Under the pieces are notes generated by a model. The model ran no database searches. It was given only the letters and a program-made list of their open reading frames with translations, and was not told the DNA's origin. DNA of 63,312 nucleotides, filler included, from Octopus bimaculoides (taxonomy: Eukaryota), in NCBI RefSeq assembly GCF_001194135.2. It is 6 parts of 5 records of this genome, joined end to end, with 100 filler letters (N's around TTAATTAATTAA, not from the genome) between each part and the next. Parts side by side here need not be neighbours in the genome. Positions count along the whole stretch, not along the records: positions 13,415 to 34,998 come from NC_068989.1; positions 35,099 to 57,540 come from NC_069000.1; 4 more parts are not named here. One strand, given 5' to 3'. The position numbers were made by a program, and so were the translations under genes. Positions within the stretch are counted from its first letter, which is position 1, and each line of letters opens with the position of its first letter. Of this stretch, positions 27,985 through 40,813 are shown one piece after another.

Positions 27985-28398
27985 AAAAACAATGAGCAGT
28001 GATTGAATTTCTTGTTGCTGAGGGGAAAACCCCTGTAAATAAATCACCGACGATTACAAAATGTTTTTGAGGACAATATTTCAGATCATAGCAATATGCA
28101 GGTGGGTCCGTCGTCTGAAAGATGAAAAGGCGAGAACTGTGAGTTTAGCCGATAAACCCCGTTCTGGCCGTCCGGCCGTCCGCTTCTGTGAATCCTGCCA
28201 ATAAAAGCAAAAGCAGATGCTCTGATCAGAGAAGACAGGTGCATAACTCTTGATGAGTTGGCAAAAAACCTTGAAGTGAGTCATGGAAGTGCTTACAACG
28301 TTGTCGAATCACTTGGCTTTTCAAAAGTGTGTGCCCGTTGGGTACCGAGAGAGCTGACTACCGAACGCATGACAGACAGGGTCAATGCCTGCACTCAC
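27985..28398 (+). mobile_element. Mariner transposase N-terminal (HTH) fragment
   Basis: RWVRRLKD...LADKPRSGRP...LIREDRCITLDEL...LGFSKVCARWVPREL. Confidence 0.9.
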
Positions 28399-28981
28399 CA
28401 GATTAAAATGTCTTATTGATGTGTTTGGTTTCTTTCTTTCCCTGATAAGAAGATTACATTGTTTTACACCATTTTATTCCTTTTGGAATAATACCAATGT
28501 TGTCTTTGAAACATGTGTCGGAAGTAAAAGAATTTGAATAACACCTGCGTTTAACTCCATTTATATATTTATATATATTATACAAAATATTTCACATCAA
28601 CCCAGAGTTTCTACCTTTACCAACAGGGTGTTATGTCCTTATTACTTGTGTGATGTTTTGCTGCTCTGGTAACTGTTTATCTATTTTCCCGTGTTAATTG
28701 TAAACAATGGGAAAATGCACACATCCATTTATATATATATATATAAGCCAGCTGGAGGAGATGTCCTCCTGGGGCTAAAAGCAACAGTAACATCCACCCC
28801 TAGGGGTCAGCCACACTTAAGTGGCAATATACTACACTTTATCGTGCAGTTACTGTTAATACTTCATTTAGAGAATTAACATTGCTTGTTTTCACCTTTT
28901 CAATATCAGTGAAGAATGTCACTGGAAAAGAAGATATAAGATTTTGCCAGGTTTTTCTCTCTCACCAAGGTCATCAGCTGT

Positions 28982-29026
28982 CGAACGCCGAAGAAGGGAA
29001 ATAACCCTGAAATCCGGATACGTTCG
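28982..29026 (+). ncRNA. Minimal type-I hammerhead ribozyme fold (U4C variant), Penelope-like-element type
   Basis: Stem I CGAACG/CGTTCG, core CCGAAGA, stem II AGGG-AAATAA-CCCT, GAAA, palindromic stem III ATCCGGAT, cleavage triplet AUA. Activity is untested. Confidence 0.75.
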
Positions 29027-30044
29027 TGCTGNNNNNNNNNNNNNNNNNNNNNNNNNNNNNNNNNNNNNNNNNNNNNNNNNNNNNNNNNNNNNNNNNNNNN
29101 NNNNNNNNNNNNNNNNNNNNNNNNNNNNNNNNNNNNNNNNNNNNNNNNNNNNNNNNNNNNNNNNNNNNNNNNNNNNNNNNNNNNNNNNNNNNNNNNNNNN
29201 NNNNNNNNNNNNNNNNNNNNNNNNNNNNNNNNNNNNNNNNNNNNNNNNNNNNNNNNNNNNNNNNNNNNNNNNNNNNNNNNNNNNNNNNNNNNNNNNNNNN
29301 NNNNNNNNNNNNNNNNNNNNNNNNNNNNNNNNNNNNNNNNNNNNNNNNNNNNNNNNNNNNNNNNNNNNNNNNNNNNNNNNNNNNNNNNNNNNNNNNNNNN
29401 NNNNNNNNNNNNNNNNNNNNNNNNNNNNNNNNNNNNNNNNNNNNNNNNNNNNNNNNNNNNNNNNNNNNNNNNNNNNNNNNNNNNNNNNNNNNNNNNNNNN
29501 NNNNNNNNNNNNNNNNNNNNNNNNNNNNNNNNNNNNNNNNNNNNNNNNNNNNNNNNNNNNNNNNNNNNNNNNNNNNNNNNNNTATATACGTATGTATGGG
29601 TATTATAATTGACCAATAAATACATCAGAAAAGATAATCATATAAAACGAACCGGGTAAGAAATAAAGAACATAAACAGCAGTCTCTCATGTCCGTAATT
29701 TGTTGATCAATGAAGACAACGTCTTCGAACAGAAGGTATTACAGACGAGGTCGTATACAGGAGATTGAAGGATCACACCTTCTCTCGCCTTTATGTGTGC
29801 AAGGAGCCATGTTACCTCATGCGTATCTTTAACACAAGTATGTCTAGTGAACCAATCTGTATGTGTCATACGGCTGAATTTATCTCCATCAGGTAAAACT
29901 GGACAATCCCCACAACTCCTTACGCATATAAGAGTTGTATAATGTTAATTTTTGCCGTGTTACAGCCTTAAATAGTGAAGGCCATTGCAGTAGTCCAATG
30001 ACTGAAGCAAGCAAAAGGCAAGTATGTGCGCGCAGGCGGGTGTG

Positions 30045-30364
30045 TATCTTTTATCTTTTACTTATTTCAATTATCAGACGAACGAATCGACAGCCGTACT
30101 TAAGCTTTTAAGCTTGGTACTTATTCTGTCGGACTCTTTTGCCGAACCGTTACGTTAAGAGTGCGTAAATACACCAAAGCTGCTAGTATTCGCTATTGAA
30201 TGATTTTATCATGGCCACCTATGAGGTTTCTATTTCATATAATACCTGGACATCCTTGTTACTTATTTGCTTTCTACTCAACTTACATCGAGCTGTACGG
30301 ATAATATCGAACTGACTTGGTGCCTCAACTGAAGTAACTGATTCAACTGAATCTAAATTATATC

Positions 30365-30435
<71 letters not shown>

Positions 30436-30599
30436 CGACGGGCTTCTTTCAGTTTCCGTCTACCAAATCCACTTACAAGACTTTGGTCGGCCCGAGGCTA
30501 TAGTAGAAGACACTTGCCCAAAATGCCACGCAGTAGGACTGAACCCGGAACCATGTGATTGGGAAGCAAACTTGTTACCACACCCACTCCTGCGCTTAT
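30045..30599 (-). mobile_element. SINE family B split into a 3' half (30045-30180) and a 5' half (30435-30599) by unrelated sequence and a TA tract
   Basis: Homology to 12247-12632. Confidence 0.75.
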
Positions 30600-31246
30600 G
30601 TAAAAAGAAGGCTTTCCTATCCGCTTGGGACTCGAACTTACATCCCTTTCTTTACGCGACTAAGTGTGTTACCTTTATACTAGCGAATTATATATGTGTG
30701 TCTGTGTATGTATTTGCGTGTGCATGCATCTGTGTTCGTGTATGTGCGCGCGCGCGTATGTGTGTGTATGTGAGTGTGTGTGTGTGTCTGTGTGTGTGTG
30801 TATGTCTCTGTGTCTGTGTGTTTCGGTGTATATTCCAAGAATAACAGTTCTAAACGGAAGCAAACACAGTTATAATTCTTTTGTTATTAAAATCTCAATA
30901 ACTATTTCTTCTTCACAACTGGCAGTTTCACGTATTCCATGTTCACATCACTTAACGGAGAGAACATTTACGAATTCATAAGATATTTTTGAATATGTGC
31001 AGTCAGTATTTTCAAGTCGGATTTCATTGGTTAGCTGGGAGAGTATGACAGATGAATCGAACGTATGATGTCTTAAGCGTTGCGTGCCGTTATGCAATTA
31101 GATAAGGCATTCAGAAATTCACAAGGAATGATCGAGCGAAAAAGAATCTATAATGATTCTATGAATAGCATACACATATTCCCCCGATCAAAACCGACAG
31201 ACTTCAATAGAAACGGATTGTTTATCTTGCCCTAAATATAATATTA

Positions 31247-31403
31247 CACAGGGGCAGGTGTGGCTGCGAGGTAACAAGTTTACTGCCCAATTGCAGGAGT
31301 TCAGTCCCAGTGCGTGGCACATGGGGCGAGTATCTTCTGCTTTAGCCACAAACAGTCCAAGGCCTTGTGAGTCAATTTGTTTGACAGAAACTATAAGGCG
31401 CTC

Positions 31404-31405
<2 letters not shown>
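31247..31405 (+). mobile_element. SINE family B, 5' half
   Basis: GGCAGGTGTGGCTG...GAGTTCAGTCCC... Confidence 0.75.
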
Positions 31406-31471
<66 letters not shown>

Positions 31472-31472
<1 letters not shown>

Positions 31473-32150
31473 TGAGAATTTACAAAAATAAAAACAACAG
31501 ATGAAGACGGGTGTGTAAACAACAAACAAGTGTATTAGTTTAACGCTCGGGAAGTGAGAAAGTCTTTTAAGTTTCGAGCCTACGATCTTCGACAGAAAGG
31601 AACACAGAAAGAAACAGGGCGAGAAAAAAGGTTTAGTGAGGAGCGATCTATCATGGCGAATGCCGGACAGAGGGGTCACACAGGAGAGCTAGGAAGAACG
31701 GAAGATAATAATAAAGTCGTGGTGATCCCAAAACGAAGGTACACGTGCTTGTGTATGTGAGAGCGTGTATGTGCGTGTGGATGGGGGCTGATGACCTTGA
31801 CGTGTGCGTCTGTGCATGTGTAGGAGCGTGGGTGATGGTGCGGGTGCAAGGAAGTGATCAGTGCTAGTGTGTGCGTGTTGGTGTGATGTGGTGTGGTGTG
31901 GCGTGGTGGCGTGTGGTGTGGTGTAGGTGCTGGGAAGTGGTCACTGCTAGTGTGTGCGAATGATGTGGGTGACAAGCACGAACCTATGCGTGCATGTATG
32001 ATAAAATTTCTAAACAAGAATAGGTGTTCTTTACTTAGACAGCTTCTGTATGTTAAATTTATGAAGAACGCAGAATCCAATGGTGTTCCATGCGATGTAA
32101 ATACGGTTTGCCGATGTCCAGTTCTGCATGGCTGCATATGACATTCAAAG
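31472..32150 (-). mobile_element. Probable Penelope-like element 3' region with a degenerate hammerhead (31562-31600)
   Basis: Minus strand reads CTTT-CTGTCGA-AGATC GTAG GCTC-GAAA-CTTA-AAAG (hammerhead topology). The element extent and ORF similarity are weak. Confidence 0.45.
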
Positions 32151-32307
32151 TATTCTAGAGGAAACCTTTATAATGAGTGAAATCAATGAAGCGTCGACTC
32201 GCATACATTTACACACGCACGCACGCACGCACACACACACATGCGTGTTCACACTCATATATATACACACACATGCACAAGCACTAACGTACGCACAAAG
32301 AATTATA

Positions 32308-32396
<89 letters not shown>

Positions 32397-32601
32397 TCAC
32401 ATATGTATCCACTTTTAGAAACCATACACATATCCGTAAACATATATACACATATATATACGCAGACTTACATGTGCACGCAAACATACCTGGGTCCATG
32501 GAAATATCTCATTTAGTGGCACGCACTTTGCCACTTATATTTATATACATATTAATGCGCACGCACACACACACACACACACACAGACACAGACACAGGC
32601 A

Positions 32602-32641
<40 letters not shown>

Positions 32642-32648
32642 TATGTAT

Positions 32649-32807
32649 ATAGGCGCAGGCGTGGCTGTGTGGTAAGATGCTAGGTTCCCAACCACATGGT
32701 TACGGGTTCAGTCCCACTGCGTGGAAACTTGGGCAAGTGTCTTCTACTCGGGCCGACCAAAGCCTTGTGAGTGGATTTGTTAGAGGGAAACTGAAAGAAG
32801 CCCGTTG
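32649..32807 (+). mobile_element. SINE family B, 5' half
   Basis: Clear head ATAGGCGCAGGCGTGGCTGTGTGG and B box. Confidence 0.85.
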
Positions 32808-33511
32808 TATATATATATATATATATATATATAAACACACACACACACGCATCTATATACATATATAAATATATATTTGTATGTGTGTGTCTGTGTGTAT
32901 AGATGCATGTATATACACATACATACGTACATTCACATGTAAATTTTTACGTTTGTATGCCTGCATGAGTATCTTCCATATCTTGCACATTGGGTGATTG
33001 GCAGAATGGCAGAAAGTTTAGAGTTATAGGTGAAATGACATGCAGTGTATTTTTCCGGTTCTTTACGTCTGGTGCTCAAATCATATAGGAATCAACTTTA
33101 CTTTTCATCGATTTAATTGGGGGAAGCTGTGCCCCTCAAATGCTCATCGGAGAACCAATGTCCGAAAATCTTATCACATAGCCAGTAGAATGATAAGCGG
33201 GGTGTGAGAAAATAGCTACGGTATCTATTTCGGTACTTGGTGTTCCCGGTTCTATTCCCGTTGAAAGCATCTTTGTCATTCATCCATCCATCCCTTTTGG
33301 TCGATCAAAATTGAATATAGTCGTGTCTTTAATATCGTATAATTCTCTGTAACATCCTATCAACACAGAAATTCATAAATACATATATATACATGAATAC
33401 ACACACACACACGCATCTATAAATGTATATACACACACACGAACACACACAAACACAGACATACACAGCGATACACACACACACACACATATATGTTCAT
33501 ATATCAGTGTT

Positions 33512-33550
<39 letters not shown>

Positions 33551-33574
33551 TTTTATTTTATTTTTTTATTTCTT

Positions 33575-33729
33575 TCGTACAAATCGAACCCATGACTTAT
33601 TCTTTGTAAGGCTAGTACTTATTCTATCGTCTCTATTGCCGAACCGCTAAGTCACGGGAAATAAACACACCAACATCGGTTGTCAAGTGATGGTGGGGGA
33701 ACAAACAGATACACAAACACACACAGATG

Positions 33730-33787
<58 letters not shown>

Positions 33788-33866
33788 TTCTTTCAGTTTC
33801 CGTCTACAAAATACACTCTCAAGGCTTTGGTCGACCCGAGGCTATAGTAGAAGACACTCGTCCAAG
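33575..33866 (-). mobile_element. SINE family B, internal portion
   Basis: Homology to 12330-12580. Confidence 0.8.
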
Positions 33867-34454
33867 ATATGATTGGAAGAGGAGGCTGCGTTGTAGAGCA
33901 ATGAAAATTGCGAAAAATTTAGCATATGGATTAAGTCAAACAAATGGCCAGGAAGAAGTACAGGAAGGAGACAAATATTCTTTGCATCAACTGTATACTG
34001 AAGTCCAGCGATTTGGGTTTTGGTAGTTTAACAACGAGATTGCAAGCTTTGGCGTCTCTGTACATTGAAGTAAATTACTACAGGAGAATAAAATTGACGA
34101 TATTGAATAGTGTTTTTGTCTTTTATAGAAAATCTTGAAGGTAAAAGATACAACAGAGCTGGGAGAGTTTTCTATAATGTCGAATTAGATGAATTTTTGT
34201 TTTACCTTGCCAGAAATTGCTTTAAAACAGCGGATTATAGAGTTGTATTATTCCAAAGGTTTAAAGAGAAAAGTGAGCATATTCTATATTTTACAAAACT
34301 TCATGCCATGCTGGTGTCTTGTGCATATCTTCGCAAATACCACTAGTCAGTTACCAATTATCCGCCATCTTTTGATAAAGCTCCTGAAGAGATCTTAAGA
34401 GACACTGAAACAAGTCCTCTCACATGTTCCATGATGGTTACAAAACAGGCCCTG

Positions 34455-34673
34455 TACAAGGGTGTTCTGAAAAGTTACTTGCATTGAGTAAAAGAAAATA
34501 CAGGAGGATCAATGAATTATGATCTTATTCAGCATATTCTCCTCTCAGATTCAGACACATATTGCAGTGGTCCTTCAATTTTCTAAGCCCTGTAAAAATA
34601 CTCGGAAGTTTGGGCCCCCAAGCAAGTCTTTCACGGTGCCCTTCAAGCCAGGAACGTTTAAGCGCCCCTCGTA
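34455..34673. mobile_element. Mariner-type MITE (~220 bp) with TA ends
   Basis: Left TACAAGGGTGTTCTGAAAAGTT versus right (reverse complement) TACGAGGGGCGCTTAAACGTT; second partial copy at 57641-57728. Confidence 0.8.
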
Positions 34674-35167
34674 GTTTATCGACGTCATTTATTTATTTAT
34701 TTATTAAACTTATTGTTCAGAATATTCAGATGGGCAGTATACACACATATGCACTCGTATGAATATATATAACTATGTAAGTATGTATGGATTTCACTCC
34801 GTGGGTGTATACTGAAAGATATCGAACCGCACAGATATATAATTATTTTGCCAATACCAATGACACTACACTGGTACTTAAAGTAAGTTACATATCAAAC
34901 AACAAGATTATAATATATGCACGTATGAGTTTGTGTATGTTTATGATTTATATCTAAACACATATGTATATATATACATATGTATATGTATATATATANN
35001 NNNNNNNNNNNNNNNNNNNNNNNNNNNNNNNNNNNNNNNNNNTTAATTAATTAANNNNNNNNNNNNNNNNNNNNNNNNNNNNNNNNNNNNNNNNNNNNCT
35101 TCTTCTTCTTCTTCTTCATATTTGTTAGGTAGATTGATTTCTTGTTTGTATTTGTCAGCTTCCTTAA

Positions 35168-35233
<66 letters not shown>

Positions 35234-35439
35234 GGCGGCAAGCTGGCAGAATCGTTAGTGCACTGGACAAAATACTCAGCGGTATTCCACCCATCCCTGC
35301 CTTCCAAGTTCAAATTCTGCCGAGGTCGACTTTCATTCTTTCGGGATCAATAAAGTAAGCACCAGTTGAACACTGAAGTCGATATAATTGATTCATTCCC
35401 CCACCCCAAAATTACTGCTCTTGTGGCAAAATGTGAAAC
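35234..35439 (+). mobile_element. SINE family A within an (ATT)n tract
   Basis: Homology to 289-501. Confidence 0.85.
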
Positions 35440-35624
35440 TATTATTATTATTATTGTTGTTGACGTTGTTGTTGTTTACACGCAAAGCACTCACAACACA
35501 CTTATGCACATACACGCATGCACTGTACTGCCCATAATGTTTTTCTTAAATGTAAACTCTTTGTGGTTAATAAAGAAATCCTCCTCATCATCATTTTCAT
35601 TATTATTATTATTATCATTATATG

Positions 35625-37355
35625 TTTAACTTTTGCTTTGTATTTGTACAAGTTGGCTCCAAGTCTCATCCAGAGACCTCAAGAGACAACAAGTTAGAAA
35701 TTCATGTTGGTGTTATATCTAGGGTGTCATATATTTGGTTTTGCACATAGTATTTTTCTAGAGCATGTTTAAGAAAACATAAGAAAATTATGAGTTTGTT
35801 TTAAAATTTGAGATTACATTGAAAGTATTTTGTGTAGGATATGGGCAGTTCTCAGGAGCACTATCTTTTGAATTTCTGCCATTTTGGGGTTTCCTGGTAT
35901 ATGAGCTAGGTAGGAATCAGTCTCTTTTGATATCATTACTAGGGCACCTATGACAACAGATATTGTTTTAGTCTTGAGGTTCCACATTTTGCCAGTTTTT
36001 ACTTTAAGATCTTTATACTTGCTCAGTTTTTGGTAGGTCTTGACAGATACACTTATGTCAATTGGGACAGTCATATCAAAGAGGGGGCATGATTTTTGTT
36101 CGAAGTCTTTCAATATAATGTCTGGCCTATTCGCATCTCTCTTTCTGTCAGTTTGAACAGTGAAGTTCTAGAGGAATGAGATGTCATCATTTTAAAGCAC
36201 TAGAGGTGGTTTGTGTTTCCACCAGTTTTTATCTTGGGGCAGGTCCAGGTTTTTGCAAATTACCCAGTGAATATATTGTTCTGCTCTATCATGCCTGTTG
36301 AGATACTCTGTAGGTGCAAGAAAACTGCACATGAAAACATCATAATCAATGGTTTCATTTTGTTGTTGACATACACGACATATTGGGAAGCTGCCATTCT
36401 TTAATATGTTGACCTGGTAGTTGCTTGTAGGTAGGTATTGATCTTGGGCTGCTATGATAAACCCTTCTGTTTCTGATTTTAATCCAGAAGACACTAACCA
36501 TTGATGGGTAAGGGCTTTGTCAACATTTGCACTATTACCTCTCTTTAGATATTTGTCATTGAGAAGTTTTTCTTGCCATTTATCAATAAGAATATCTAAG
36601 GCAGCAGTTTTAGCATGAGTTTTCATGCACTTAGCTTTTTTTGCGTTTGTTTCTAGTACATCAAATTCTGGAATTTGTTGTATTTGGAATTCACTTAGAT
36701 ATTCCTTTGCCTGCTTTGTTTCTGAGTATGATGCATTCTTGTTTTCGTGTTTTGAGACAAGTTTTAACATCCAGTCATCATCAGAGTTTTTCAGGTAGGT
36801 ATTTTGGCCAATTGTGGCAATCTTCATTGTTAATTCCAGTTGTAAAAGTCCACGGCCACCCTCTTTTCTTGGCAGGTAAAGTTGTTCTATATCTGCCTTA
36901 GGGTGGTGCATTCTATGCATTGTCAACATATTTTGTATTTTTCTATCAAGATTATATATTTCAGTAATTGACCAGTTAATGATATTGAAACTGTAAGTCA
37001 CAGCTGGTATAACTAAAATATTGATTGCTTCGATCCCATTTCATGCATTCAGCTCTGTCTTGAGTATTGTCCTTACCCTGCGATAACATTCTCTTCTGAT
37101 CCTTTCCCTCATCACTGAATGCTTGATTCTGACCCCTTCAAATACCCCTAGGCACTTGTAGCTCTCTGCTGGTTCTAACTCCTTTATAACATTCTGCTGG
37201 TCAAGAGTAACATTGGATGTTTCTGTCATTTTTCCACTGATAGAGGTAACTTTTTCACATTTATCGAGACCAAATTGCATCCTGATGTCATCACTGAATT
37301 GTTTAACAATCACTAGTAAGTCCTGTAGTTGTTAGTCAGTTTTTGCAAAGAGCTT
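35625..37355 (-). mobile_element. 5'-truncated R4/Dong-clade LINE (RT C-terminus, zinc knuckle, restriction-like endonuclease, 3' UTR); pseudogenised
   Basis: KLFAK...FGLDKC...YKCLG; LYLPRKEGGRGL; CRVC..QNETID...RHD; NRPDII...DMTVP...KLSKYKDL...VVIGAL...KIVLLRTAHILHKILSM; microsatellites on both sides. Confidence 0.9.
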
Positions 37356-37361
37356 CTTCTT

Positions 37362-37392
<31 letters not shown>

Positions 37393-37423
37393 TTATTATT
37401 ATTATTATTATTATTAATAATAA

Positions 37424-37637
37424 GGTGGTGAGCTGGAAGAATCGTTAGTGCTCTGGATGAAATTTTTAGTGGTATTTCGCCCATCACTCCATTCTGAGTT
37501 TAAATTTCATTGAGGTCAACTTTGCCTGTTATCCTTTTGGGGTTGATAAAATTAGTACCAGTTGAACTTTATGATCAATGTAATTGACTCATCCCCTCCT
37601 CCAAAAAGCTGCTGCCTGTATGGCAAAATTTGAAACC
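37424..37637 (+). mobile_element. SINE family A
   Basis: Homology to 289-501; flanked by (TTC)n(TTA)n. Confidence 0.85.
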
Positions 37638-37640
37638 ATT

Positions 37641-37700
<60 letters not shown>

Positions 37701-37704
37701 GTTA

Positions 37705-37756
<52 letters not shown>

Positions 37757-37758
<2 letters not shown>

Positions 37759-37896
37759 CAGCTTTACTTTCTGAGTTCAACTTCTACGGAAGTCGACTAT
37801 GCCTTTCATCTTTTCAGGGTTGATAAAACAAAGTACCAGTTGAGTACTCTGGTTCCCTCCCTAAAAATTTCAGGCCTTGTGCCTTTAGTAGAAAGG
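37757..37896 (+). mobile_element. SINE family A, 5'-truncated
   Basis: Lacks the head, keeps the B-box region and 3' end; ATT on both sides. Confidence 0.75.
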
Positions 37897-37922
37897 ATTA
37901 TTATTATTATTATTATTATTAC

Positions 37923-37965
<43 letters not shown>

Positions 37966-37971
<6 letters not shown>

Positions 37972-38690
37972 TAGTCTTATTTTTATCATGTGCTTTCATT
38001 GCACTACCGAGTGCAGCTCTGTGTACCTTGGGTATGTGTTGTGGTTTGCTGTGATGCTCTTATTTTTATTGTATTGAAAGTGTTCTATGTAGGATGTGTG
38101 CAGTGCCTAGTAGTGTTATTTTCTGTATGTTATATATACTTGTAAGTCCTGGTGTTTTTGTTATGTAATTGTCTGAAAGCTACTTTATCATACCTAATGC
38201 GCCTACTATGATAGGAATTGTTTCTGTTGTTAGACTCCACATTCAAGTTACCTCTATTTCTAGATGTTTGTATTTTGAAAGTTTATTCATTTCTTTAAGA
38301 GAAACATTGTCATCTATTGGTATTGATACATCGATGAGAAAGCATTATTTTTCTTGGTGATCTATGACAACTATATATAGCCTATTGGCTTTAATTTATC
38401 TGTGTGTATTGGCATATCCCAAAGTATGGTTGCTTTCTCATTTTCTGTGACCTTTTCTGATGTATGCCTATACCATCTTTTTTTTGTTGTTATTCCATAA
38501 TGCTAGCATAGCTTCCAATGTACATAGGTCCCAAATCTGTCGTGTCTGGGAATATATTCCTTCTTAGCCAGGACTCAGCAGCCAAAGACAATATGATTTA
38601 TTGTTTCTTCTCCATCTCCACTTATTCAGTAGTTACTTGTATTTCATTATGTGTTTTTGGTAATTTCTGGTGGGAAAGCTTTGATCTTAT
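37966..38690 (-). mobile_element. Second R4/Dong-clade LINE 3' fragment (RLE domain plus 3' UTR)
   Basis: ENEKATILWDMPIHTD...FLIDVSIP...KLSKYKHLEIE...IPIIVGALG...QKITLLGTAHILHRTLSIQ; 3' UTR matches 56872-56985. Confidence 0.88.
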
Positions 38691-38712
38691 TGTTGTTATT
38701 ATTATTATTATT

Positions 38713-38942
38713 GAGTGAGAGAGCAGTGCATGCCATCAAAGTGACACTGGGTTAAAATATACGAAGCCCATTATACCCATCATGACTACCCGTCTGATAA
38801 GGGTGCACCAGGCACATGCATCACAACCATATGTGCGCGACATGGTGATCTTAGGTCAAGATAAGCAGCACATGACCTTGCAGGTGGGGCCCAGTTAGAA
38901 TTTTCTTCCGGTCGAGTAGCCCATCCCACTTAAAAAGGTCCT
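38713..38942 (-). mobile_element. Truncated copy of the ~555-bp TAA-flanked repeat
   Basis: Reverse complement of 45830-46062; keeps the ...CTCTCTCACTC(AAT)n end. Confidence 0.85.
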
Positions 38943-38974
38943 ATTATTATTATCATTATTATTATTATTATTAC

Positions 38975-39034
<60 letters not shown>

Positions 39035-39050
39035 TATTTTTATTATTATT

Positions 39051-39167
39051 CCACAGAGGTCGACTTCGCCTTTCATCCTTTCAGGGTCGATAAATTAAGT
39101 ACCAGTGAAACACTGGAGCTGAGGTCACGGTTACAAAATAGCCTCCCTTGTAGCAAAATTTGAAACC
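39051..39167 (+). mobile_element. SINE family A, 5'-truncated
   Basis: GAGGTCGACTT...AAATTTGAAACC followed by (ATT)n. Confidence 0.75.
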
Positions 39168-40501
39168 ATTATTATTATAATTGTTGTTGTTGTTGTTGTT
39201 GTTATTATTATTATTAATATTATTAGTATTATTATTTATTTATTTATTTATTTTTATCCTTATGATTGATATTAAAAAGAACAGTTGATGTAAATAGCTG
39301 AAGCTTCTATGAATGTTTGTCATAATGCTGCTAGCTGATAGATGAAAGGATGGGGAAGACCAGCGATGATATGGATGGTTAAGGAATGTGTTGATAGTTG
39401 CAGCAATGTGGTAGTGGTGTAGTAGTGTCAGTGATGTACCTCCATGCTGGAGCACAAAAACAGAGCACAGAGAAAAGCAGGGACAAGATATAGATTGGTG
39501 GTGGGAATATTGAGCAAATGAATAAATGAATAAGTTATGTATAGAGATCATGTGAGCAAGGGATTGATGTGCATCTGTGGTGGAGTATATTTGTGTGTGT
39601 GTGAGTGTATGTGAGTGTGTTTGTGTGTGTATGTGTGTGTGTGTATATATATACAGAGAGAGAGAGAGATAGAAAGAGAGAGAAATATAGAAAGAGAGAC
39701 AGAGAGAGTGAGAGAAGGTGAATGATATGGAAAGGATATGGACAGATAGATGGGCAAGTACGTATGATACATATATATGTGTGTGTGTACGTATAAATAT
39801 GTGCATGCGTGTATGTGGATAAGTATAAAGAGGTGGGTGGGGGTGAAGGAAAGATGAGTGGTTCTGTGAGAAAGTAGGTTGTAATAATGTTAACACTTTA
39901 AAAGGGTGTGGCTGCCTGTGGAGAGAGGAATAAATTTCCACTCTTCCTATTATTCAATCTCTCTCTCACTCTCTTATTCACTGCACATACACACATGCAC
40001 ACACACACACACAGATGCTCACAGATTTTGTTGATTTTATGTTGTAAAAACATAAAAATGCTTCTTACAATTTTAGGTTGGAATTGTGCTGAGTATTATA
40101 TATCTTTACCTTACATAAATTTATTTACACATAACACACCCAAGCATGTATTTATATATATCTATATATATATATATATATATATCATGTATATATGTGT
40201 GCATACTTGTGTATGTGCGTGCATATATATATGCATGTGTGTATGTGTATATGTGTGTATGTGTGTGTATGAGTGTACACACACCTGTAAATGTATGTGT
40301 ACATGTGTGTGTGTGTCGGTGAGAGTACATACACACACATACACATGTGCATGTGTACATATTAAAGTTTGTTTTCATGTCAAGTTATGTACAAAAACAA
40401 TTTAACTTTCAACTGAAGGATTACTCAATACAAGATTATAGAACTTTTACAAGAAGAGGAATGTCAGGGATTTGCAGGTTCTGCTCGCTAGTCTTCATCA
40501 G

Positions 40502-40538
<37 letters not shown>

Positions 40539-40813
40539 NNNNNNNNNNNNNNNNNNNNNNNNNNNNNNNNNNNNNNNNNNNNNNNNNNNNNNNNNNNNNN
40601 NNNNNNNNNNNNNNNNNNNNNNNNNNNNNNNNNNNNNNNNNNNNNNNNNNNNNNNNNNNNNNNNNNNNNNNNNNNNNNNNNNNNNNNNNNNNNNNNNNNN
40701 NNNNNNNNNNNNNNNNNNNNNNNNNNNNNNNNNNNNNNNNNNNNNNNNNNNNNNNNNNNNNNNNNNNNNNNNNNNNNNNNNNNNNNNNNNNNNNNNNNNN
40801 NNNNNNNNNNNNN

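Noticed and set aside
33880-34450. Possible hAT-like transposase remnant
   Set aside because: No motif convincing enough without a profile search.
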